This document shows positions 57,279 through 64,000 of a DNA stretch of 64,000 bases, piece after piece (the stretch's first letter is position 1; each line of letters begins with the position of its first letter). Under the pieces are notes generated by a model, which searched no databases, was not told the DNA's origin, and was given only the letters and a program-made list of their open reading frames with translations. The position numbers and the translations under genes are program-made. Source of the DNA: Candidatus Latescibacterota bacterium. GTDB lineage: Bacteria > Latescibacterota > UBA2968 > UBA8231. The stretch covers positions 192,001 to 256,000 of the forward strand of contig CBDAOB010000004.1 in the NCBI GenBank assembly GCA_965197905.1, read 5' to 3'.

Positions 57279-58004
57279 TCAGGCGTGTTGGGTCGCCGTA
57301 TCGCTGAGAACACCTGCTGCCCAGCGGTAGATGCCCGATAGAATGTAGATCATCACCAGCGGGAAGAAGAGATGTTGGGTGTTTGGGTGAATGATCAATA
57401 CCACGGCCACGACGAAGTAAGTCTGTTTGAAGCGATCCCCGAAACCGGAACCACGAAAATTCGGCATGGCGTCGTACTCGACGCGACTGACCATCATCGC
57501 GCTCAGCAGCAAAACCACCAGGGTCGAGATTGCCACCCCGTGACTGCTTTCCCAAGTGTGTTCGGTAAAGACCACGTACTGACTCAAACACACGGCCGCC
57601 ATTGGAATTGGAAGACCCGTATAGAACGAACTCTTCTCTTCGTCATCGTTCTCGTCCAAGGTCAAGGTATTAAAACGCGCCAGACGCAGGGCTCCGCAGA
57701 GCAGGAAAATAAACGCCGCCACGAGCCCCCAGCCGTGACCGAGCTGGCTATGATAGATCAGCAGGGCGGGGACGACGCCAAAGGTGCAGACGTCAACCAG
57801 TGAATCGAATTCGATGCCGAAATGAGAGTCTTTGCCGACGAAGCGGGCGATCTTGCCGTCCATCTTGTCCAACACGGCGCCCAATACAATGAGCCAGGCC
57901 GCCGAGGTGTAATTCGCTTTGAGTCCGTAGTGCAGCGCGAGAAACCCACAAAACAGGTTTCCGATGGTGAACAGATTCGGAAGAATGGTTCTATACATTG
58001 CCAA
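57279..58004 (-). CDS. pssA: CDP-diacylglycerol--serine O-phosphatidyltransferase
   Basis: LPNLFT.GNL.CG, D.MDG.IAR, FG.EFDSL.D..TFG..PA, ALRLARFN and GLP.P. Confidence 0.93.
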   Translation of the reverse strand: MAMYRTILPNLFTIGNLFCGFLALHYGLKANYTSAAWLIVLGAVLDKMDGKIARFVGKDSHFGIEFDSLVDVCTFGVVPALLIYHSQLGHGWGLVAAFIFLLCGALRLARFNTLTLDENDDEEKSSFYTGLPIPMAAVCLSQYVVFTEHTWESSHGVAISTLVVLLLSAMMVSRVEYDAMPNFRGSGFGDRFKQTYFVVAVVLIIHPNTQHLFFPLVMIYILSGIYRWAAGVLSDTATQHA

Positions 58005-58635
58005 GAACCCCCATTACGGTTACTCCGGCTCGAACCCGATCGCCGACGGCAACGCGTATCTCCGAGTTAGCGGGTAAGATCAGGTCGACCCGCGATCCAA
58101 ATCGAATGAGCCCAAAGCGGTCCCCTTTTTCCACGGTGTCTCCATTCTGCAGCCGGCAAACGATCCGGCGGGCAACGATGCCGACGATCTGTTTCACAAC
58201 AATGAGCGTCGAGCCGGTCTGAATTCCGACAACGCTCTGGTGGTTGTCCACCGACGCCGCATCGACGAAAGCGGCGCGAAACCGGTCCCCGCGCCATTTG
58301 ACGAAGTCCACGACGCCCGAAACGGGGACGCGGTTGACATGGACGTCGAAGACCGAGAGAAAGGTGCTGATCTGAACCGCTTCGCCACCACCGTGCGGTT
58401 CGCTTTCGATCTGCTCGATCCCCACCACCTTGCCGTCGGCGGCGGCCAGAACAAGGCTCGGGTCGATCGGCGACAAACGTTCGGGATCGCGAAAAAAATA
58501 GGCCATGAAAAGCCCGACAATCCCGAAGATCCCGGCGCCGTAGACCAGTTCAGGCACCCACCGCGATGCCACTAAAAAGACCAACGCAAGCAGCAGCGCA
58601 ACGCCAAGAAACGGCCATCCCTCTCGAGCCATCAA
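57991..58635 (-). CDS. psd: Phosphatidylserine decarboxylase proenzyme (short type)
   Basis: YFFRDPER, ADGKV, FLSVFDVHVNR, ARRIVC and the FGSRVD cleavage motif. Confidence 0.95.
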   Translation of the reverse strand: MMAREGWPFLGVALLLALVFLVASRWVPELVYGAGIFGIVGLFMAYFFRDPERLSPIDPSLVLAAADGKVVGIEQIESEPHGGGEAVQISTFLSVFDVHVNRVPVSGVVDFVKWRGDRFRAAFVDAASVDNHQSVVGIQTGSTLIVVKQIVGIVARRIVCRLQNGDTVEKGDRFGLIRFGSRVDLILPANSEIRVAVGDRVRAGVTVMGVLGNV

Positions 58636-59753
58636 TAGTATCTGGCGCGCCTCTGCGGCCGTTCTCCGATGCGCATGCGAATGGCACGCACCTCACCCCC
58701 CCGGACCACCTCCACGGTACATTCCTCGTCTACCCGCAGGCTGCGCAGCACGGCTCCGGCTTCTTCGGCGCTGCGAATCTTCTCGCCGTTGATTCCGACG
58801 ATGACATCGCCATGTTCGAGTCCGGCAACATAAGCGGGGCTTTCGACGGCAATCTTTGCCACCAGCGCACCGTCGGTCGAGGTGAGGTCCAGATATTCCA
58901 CCAAAAGCTGGGTCAGATCCTGAAGACCCAGGATTCCGGACCAGGGCCTCCGGGCCTGCCCGTGTAACCTAACCTCTTCCAGAAAGCTGCGGGCGGCATT
59001 GATCGGGATCGCAAATCCGATGCCGATTGAGCCGATGCTGTATTCGCTACCCGTATAGATGAAACTATTGATTCCGATAACGTCGCCCGCGGCATTTACC
59101 AGGGCTCCGCCGCTGTTTCCAGGATTGATGGCGGCATCGGTCTGAATCATGTCGCGGTAGTAGTAATTTCCCTTTGGCTGCTGGAAATCGCGATTGACCG
59201 CGCTGACTACTCCGATACTGACCGTCGGTCCCAGGTCGAATGGGTTGCCGATAGCGATCGCCCATTCACCCACCAGAATATCGTCCGAATCACCTAGGGG
59301 CGCAAATGGAAGATCGGTCTCCTGGACCCTCAGAACAGCCAGGTCCGAAGCCCAATCGCCGGCGACGTATCTGGCTTTGACGGAACGCCCGTCCGGTAGC
59401 GAAATGGCTATCCGGCTGAGGCCCCGACGATCGCCGATGACGTGGTCATTGGTAAGTATAAACCCTTCTCCTGCAATGATTCCCGACCCTCCAGACGTGC
59501 GATCACGCTCCTGCAAAAAGTAGGGCGAGAAGGGCATCAGGAACTCTCTGAAGGGATCGCGATAGCGCCGGTACAGCACACGGTGGGTCACGTGAACGCT
59601 GGCCACAGCGGGTTGAACCCGCTCCACGGCGCGCACGACGGCGGTACGCCTCGACGCGTCGATCTCAGTGGTCGACGCGTCCGAACCATACGGAGGGAGA
59701 AACAGAACCGACACCGCGGCAAGCGCCAACGAACGAAGCGGCAGAAACGTCAT
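58632..59753 (-). CDS. HtrA/DegQ-family serine protease with one PDZ domain
   Basis: GSG, LTNDHV, DLAVL, AIGNPF and IQTDAAINPGNSGG; PDZ motif SPA..AGL..GDVI. Confidence 0.93.
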   Translation of the reverse strand: MTFLPLRSLALAAVSVLFLPPYGSDASTTEIDASRRTAVVRAVERVQPAVASVHVTHRVLYRRYRDPFREFLMPFSPYFLQERDRTSGGSGIIAGEGFILTNDHVIGDRRGLSRIAISLPDGRSVKARYVAGDWASDLAVLRVQETDLPFAPLGDSDDILVGEWAIAIGNPFDLGPTVSIGVVSAVNRDFQQPKGNYYYRDMIQTDAAINPGNSGGALVNAAGDVIGINSFIYTGSEYSIGSIGIGFAIPINAARSFLEEVRLHGQARRPWSGILGLQDLTQLLVEYLDLTSTDGALVAKIAVESPAYVAGLEHGDVIVGINGEKIRSAEEAGAVLRSLRVDEECTVEVVRGGEVRAIRMRIGERPQRRARYY

Positions 59754-59821
59754 AATATTAAGAATAACAAATATATACGTGCGATTCAAGACGACGAAGA
59801 CGGGCTCGAAGTCGGATAGGA

Positions 59822-60580
59822 TCAGGGATAGATGACCGACACCAGGCACAGACCGCGGGCTGGCGCGGTTGGACCGGCCTGGGTACGGTCGCCAGAAGCC
59901 AGCAGGCCGGGGATGTCGCTGGCCGGACGCCGACCAACGCCGATCTCGACCAAGGTTCCGACGAGGATGCGCACCATGTGACGCAGAAACCGGTTGGCTT
60001 CGATCTCCAGGACGATCTCGCGGCCCTGTGACTCTATCTCACATTCGCGAACCTGGCATTCGAACCGATCGGGGGGTGGGTCCTTCTTGCAAAATGCCGC
60101 GAAATGGTGCTCGCCCACCAAGTGAGAAGCTGCCGCCCGCATCGATTCGAGATGGAGCGGTCGATAGCAGCTCCAACTCTGGTTGCGGGCAACGGCCGAT
60201 TTATCGGTGATAATGCGATACCGGTAGCGTTTGCCGATCGCGTTGTAGCGGGAGTGAAACTGTTCGGACACCGCCTCCACGCGATGAACGGCGATGTCGG
60301 AGGGTAAGAGGCCGTTTAGTCCGCGGTGAAGGCGATACAGAGGGATCGTTCCTCGCGCTTTGACGTGGGCCACCTGGGCCAGGGCGTGGGTGCCTGCGTC
60401 CGTTCGTCCAGAAGCCACCGGAACCACCCGCTCACCCAAGAGTATGCTCAACGCACTGGAGAGTTCACCCTGAACCGTGCGCCCCTCGCACTGACTCTGC
60501 CAACCGTGGAAGTCGGTGCCGTCGTACTCGATGGTGAGGCGGAGATTGCTCCAGGCTAAGGGAGATTCCGTGGCAGCCAT
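59822..60580 (-). CDS. truA: tRNA pseudouridine(38-40) synthase
   Basis: YDGTDFHGWQ, SGRTDAGTHA, FHSRY, FLRHMVR and APARGL.L. Confidence 0.96.
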   Translation of the reverse strand: MAATESPLAWSNLRLTIEYDGTDFHGWQSQCEGRTVQGELSSALSILLGERVVPVASGRTDAGTHALAQVAHVKARGTIPLYRLHRGLNGLLPSDIAVHRVEAVSEQFHSRYNAIGKRYRYRIITDKSAVARNQSWSCYRPLHLESMRAAASHLVGEHHFAAFCKKDPPPDRFECQVRECEIESQGREIVLEIEANRFLRHMVRILVGTLVEIGVGRRPASDIPGLLASGDRTQAGPTAPARGLCLVSVIYP

Positions 60581-61368
60581 ATCAGAAACAACGCGACGGC
60601 AATGACGGCGATGGCAGCTCTGGCATCGCCCTGGTGGAAGCGCAACTCGCGGTAGTTGGTGCGTTCGATCCCACCGCGGTAGCAGCGGCTCTCCATGGCC
60701 AGTGCCAAACGATCGGCGCGGCCGAATGCCGATATGAACAGTGGTACCAAGAGGGGTATGAGTCGGCGAAGTCGTTGGATGGGATTGCCGCCGAAATCGG
60801 CGCCCCGCGCCAACTGGGCTTTGTAGAGGCGCTCCGCTTCCTCTATGAGAACCGGGACGAAACGCAACGAGATGGTCACCAACATCGCCATCTCGTGGGC
60901 CGGGAAACCGACGATGCGAAGCGGGTTTAGCAGGCGTTCCAGCCCATCGGTCAATTCTACCGGTGCTGTGGTCAGGGTCATCAAGGCTGCGGTGGTAATC
61001 ACAAGCGACAGCCGCACCGTGAAGAATGCACCCTGGTACAATCCTTCGCGGCTTATCGCCGCATTCGCCAACGGAAGCTCGACCAAAACGGATCCGGGCG
61101 TCATCAGCGCGTGCATGGCGAGGGTGAAGAAGAACAGCCAGATAAACGGACGGAGATTCCTTACGATCATGGCCGCGGGAAGCTTCGACAATGCGACGGT
61201 GAATATGAGGAAGATCGAGAAGGCGAGCAGCGGCGCGAATCCATCCGCGATCAGCACCGCTGTCATGAGGACGACAGTGCCCAGAAACTTGGTGCGCGGA
61301 TCCAGCCGGTGGACCGGCGAATCGGACTCCACGTATTTGCCGATGGTGATGTCCTTGAGTACCGGCAT
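60556..61368 (-). CDS. ecfT: Energy-coupling factor transmembrane component T
   Basis: S.VHRLDPRTK, LTTAP, LRFVP, AQLARG, P.LVPLF and AMESRCY. Confidence 0.93.
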   Translation of the reverse strand: MPVLKDITIGKYVESDSPVHRLDPRTKFLGTVVLMTAVLIADGFAPLLAFSIFLIFTVALSKLPAAMIVRNLRPFIWLFFFTLAMHALMTPGSVLVELPLANAAISREGLYQGAFFTVRLSLVITTAALMTLTTAPVELTDGLERLLNPLRIVGFPAHEMAMLVTISLRFVPVLIEEAERLYKAQLARGADFGGNPIQRLRRLIPLLVPLFISAFGRADRLALAMESRCYRGGIERTNYRELRFHQGDARAAIAVIAVALFLIWLPRNLP

Positions 61369-61374
61369 GGAACC

Positions 61375-62349
61375 TTACCCATCAAGGAATTTGGTGCTGA
61401 ACGCCCGATCCACATCGATGGCGCCCGGTTCGATCAATTCAGCCTCGATCATCTGGTTCAGCAGGATCTGCCAGCGTTCCTGGCTCATGTGGCCGATTCC
61501 GTGTTTCTCGGCGACTTCGTCCAGCACTAGGGGCCTGGATTCCCGCGCGCCAAAATCCAGGATGTCCAGTCCCATCTCCGGGTTGAGGCGATGGATGTGC
61601 GCGTTGGTTTGACCCGGATTATCGAGGTAGATCCGCCAGCCCTCTACCGTCGCTCGAACAACGGCTTTAACAAGCTCCGGCTGCCTGGCAATGGTTTCCT
61701 CGGTGGCGACCAGAACACTGGCGTACGGATTGAAGCCGGTGTCGGAAACCAGGAGCGCCCGTGGGGACGCGCCCAGTCGGCGCGCGACGAACGGCTCGCT
61801 GAACACATAGCCCTGTTGAGCGAAGTTGGGGTCCATGAGGAACTGGGTGACATTTCCCGGATAAGGTACGAGCTTAACCCCGGGAAACGGGTATTTCTTC
61901 TGCAGGTAGTGGGAAAATGCGGGTCGCTGTGACAACGCCAAAGTGATGTTGCCGATGTCCCCAATCCTTGCGATGTCCGAAGCAGAGTGGACCATGATGC
62001 AGCGTGGGTTGATCTGGTAGGGAGCCATTATGGCAACGACTGTCGCTTCCTGAGCCCGAGCATTCAGAACGTCGTCGGCGTTGGTGACGCCAAATTCGAC
62101 CGCGCCCGTCGCTACCTGCTGAATCACCGGCGCTTCAGGACCCCCACCAAGTATCTCCACCTCCACCTTTCGCGTGCGATAGAGGTCGTGAACCACGGCG
62201 GCGTAGAACCCTCCGTGTTCCGCCTCCGGGAACCAGTTCAAGGCCAGCCTGACGTCAGTGGCGGTGGGGTCGCCTTTTTCGATCTCCCCCCCGCCACACC
62301 CTACCAGCGCTGCCGTCGCAACCGACATGAAAAGCAAGAACACACGCAT
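61375..62349 (-). CDS. ABC transporter substrate-binding lipoprotein (NMT1/THI5-like)
   Basis: Lipobox LVGC; LNWFPEAEHGGFY, GGP and GY..SEP. Confidence 0.88.
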   Translation of the reverse strand: MRVFLLFMSVATAALVGCGGGEIEKGDPTATDVRLALNWFPEAEHGGFYAAVVHDLYRTRKVEVEILGGGPEAPVIQQVATGAVEFGVTNADDVLNARAQEATVVAIMAPYQINPRCIMVHSASDIARIGDIGNITLALSQRPAFSHYLQKKYPFPGVKLVPYPGNVTQFLMDPNFAQQGYVFSEPFVARRLGASPRALLVSDTGFNPYASVLVATEETIARQPELVKAVVRATVEGWRIYLDNPGQTNAHIHRLNPEMGLDILDFGARESRPLVLDEVAEKHGIGHMSQERWQILLNQMIEAELIEPGAIDVDRAFSTKFLDG

Positions 62350-62360
62350 GGGAGATCCTT

Positions 62361-63143
62361 TCAGTTAACCTGGCCACTCCAGCGGGACAGCAGCATATTG
62401 CTCATGAGATTGACGCTCGAAAAAATTCCAAGGCCCAATACCGTGCAAAACAATATGCAGGCAAAGAGATAGTCGGTCTTGGCCTGGCCGCTGGCAAAGA
62501 TGATCAGGTATCCAAGGCCGAAATCTTCGGTGGCGTATCCGGTAAAGAACTCGCCGACGATGGCGCCAATAACCGAAAGCCCGCTCGATATTCGGGCCCC
62601 CGTCAAGAGATTCGGAACGGCGTTTGGCACGCGCAACTTCGTCAACAACTGCCAGCGACTGGCGTTGTTCATATGAAAGAGGTCGATGAGGTTGGGCTCC
62701 ACGGACGTCAACCCGTTCGTCGCATTGGCGATGATCGGGAAGAGAGAGATAATGAACGATACCGCGACGACGCCGTGGAAGCCGTAGCCGATCCAAAGAA
62801 TAATGAGCGGTGCAACAGCAACGATAGGCACGGTCTGGAAGAAAATGGCATACGGGTAGAGACTGCGTTCGATAATCCTGGACTGGGAGAATACCAGGGC
62901 GATGAAAAATCCGACGACAAAACTCAGTAGAAATCCGCAGAGAGCGCCCATAGCCGTCAACCATGCCGCCCGCAGCAGAGTGATGAAATGGGCATCGATG
63001 GCCGCGGCCACGCGAAGCGGTCCGGGGAGGAGAAACGGCTTGATTGAAAACCCCGTCACCGCCAGATGCCAAAGTATCAGTACTGCCAGGAAGAAACTGA
63101 CGGGCGGCAACACAACACGCGCGAACCAGGCAACATGGCGCAT
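62361..63143 (-). CDS. ABC transporter permease (NitT/TauT family)
   Basis: LLPGP, QTVPIVAVAPL..W.G.G, FP, SVIGAIVGEF and GLGY. Confidence 0.92.
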   Translation of the reverse strand: MRHVAWFARVVLPPVSFFLAVLILWHLAVTGFSIKPFLLPGPLRVAAAIDAHFITLLRAAWLTAMGALCGFLLSFVVGFFIALVFSQSRIIERSLYPYAIFFQTVPIVAVAPLIILWIGYGFHGVVAVSFIISLFPIIANATNGLTSVEPNLIDLFHMNNASRWQLLTKLRVPNAVPNLLTGARISSGLSVIGAIVGEFFTGYATEDFGLGYLIIFASGQAKTDYLFACILFCTVLGLGIFSSVNLMSNMLLSRWSGQVN

Positions 63144-63931
63144 CAGGTCTGGACCTCGTGCAGGGTACAGGCAACCTGTTCGACGATTTCGTTGAAGCCG
63201 GGCTCCGTCCGTAGGGTCGAAGAACGCGGGTATTCGAACGGCACGGCCACGTCGGCAACCAATCTTCCGGGTCGTGCGCTCATGACCAGCACCCGCTGGC
63301 TTAGATAGACCGCTTCAGACACGTTGTGGGTTACGAACAGCCCGGTCCAGCGATCTCGCTGCCATAGCTCCGAAATCTCTTCATTCAATCGCTGGCGTGA
63401 GATCTCGTCCAATGCGCCGAACGGTTCGTCCATCAGCAACAGGCCAGGATCGGTGACGATAGCCCGCGCGATGGATACCCTCATCCGCATGCCGCCGGAT
63501 AGCTGCTTGGGAAAGCTGCGGCGGAATTCGGTCAGCCCAACCAACTCCAGCGCTGCGGTCACCAAGGTGCTGCGCTCTTCTCTCCGGTGATTTTTCAGCT
63601 CGAGAGGCAGAGAGACATTCCGCTCCACGGTGCGCCATGGCAGCAACGTGGGGTCTTGAAATACGAAAGCCACATCGCCCCGGGAGCGCCGGGATATGTC
63701 GGGTGCGGTTTCCTCCACCGTTAGTGTGCCGGCGCTGGTCTCCGTTAACCCGGCAATCATCCGCAACAGGGTTGATTTACCGCATCCCGACGGACCGACG
63801 ATGGAGACGAATTCTCCTCGCCGGATCTGGAGCTCCACATTTTCCAGCGCCCGAGTGCCGTCTTGAAACTGTTTGCCGGCGCCTTGCGCAACGACCATCG
63901 CCAGAATTGGTTTCACCGCTGATTCAACCAC
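63143..63931 (-). CDS. ABC transporter ATP-binding protein (NitT/TauT family)
   Basis: GPSGCGKST, LSGGMRMR, LMDEPFGALD and VTH. Confidence 0.94.
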   Translation of the reverse strand: MVESAVKPILAMVVAQGAGKQFQDGTRALENVELQIRRGEFVSIVGPSGCGKSTLLRMIAGLTETSAGTLTVEETAPDISRRSRGDVAFVFQDPTLLPWRTVERNVSLPLELKNHRREERSTLVTAALELVGLTEFRRSFPKQLSGGMRMRVSIARAIVTDPGLLLMDEPFGALDEISRQRLNEEISELWQRDRWTGLFVTHNVSEAVYLSQRVLVMSARPGRLVADVAVPFEYPRSSTLRTEPGFNEIVEQVACTLHEVQT

Positions 63932-64000
63932 GCGGATGGTAGGCTCGATGAACCTCTCTCAGGTCCCGGCGGTCAACCTGAGCGTACACCTGGGTGGTGG
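63924..64000 (-). CDS. 3' end of a XerC/XerD tyrosine recombinase (partial; not in the ORF track)
   Basis: Translates TTQVYAQVDRRDLREVHRAYHPRG*, with the catalytic Tyr motif TTQxY and the HPR terminus typical of XerC/D. Confidence 0.85.
   Translation of the reverse strand, partial: TTQVYAQVDRRDLREVHRAYHPRG

Noticed and set aside
1..64000. CRISPR array, tRNA/rRNA, IS or prophage
   Set aside because: No regularly spaced repeats, cloverleaf, transposase or phage genes seen by eye; intergenic gaps are short.
1..64000. Genome-wide TGA reassignment to explain the 26440 readthrough
   Set aside because: Many conserved genes (dnaE, glcD, ileS, map, radC) end at TGA at their expected C-termini.
63924..64000. 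Tyrosine recombinase as a sign of an integrated element
   Set aside because: The HPR terminus and housekeeping context fit chromosomal XerC/D; no att-like repeats seen.

Overview
Gene-dense, roughly 60% GC bacterial chromosome segment with about 55 CDS. I saw no rRNA, tRNA, CRISPR array, IS or prophage. FlgD-Ig/T9SS-type C-terminal sorting domains, a PorV-like barrel, the ileS2-dksA-lspA order and tatA-gatA adjacency suggest an FCB-superphylum lineage such as Latescibacterota (inference only). Housekeeping genes include dnaE, map, secDF, ileS, lspA, rluD, tatC/tatA, lnt, gatA, psd/pssA, truA and a partial xerC/D. An accessory block at about 25.8-44.9 kb holds hydrolases, an FG-GAP protein, an M4 protease and FlgT-like envelope proteins. 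The strongest hidden feature is a probable selenoprotein. ORFs 26149..26442 and 26500..27792 are one reading frame interrupted by a TGA (26440-26442) that gives a G-H-U-S-T-C (UxxC) motif, followed directly by a SECIS-like hairpin. Readthrough would give a 547-aa UGSC-family fusion between rhaM and a TPR protein. Also notable are a strong sigma-54 promoter on an unknown gene, a possible emfourin-like lipoprotein coupled to an M4 protease, a 4x lamin-tail giant beside PorV, and several frameshifts/deletions that may be pseudogenisation or assembly error.
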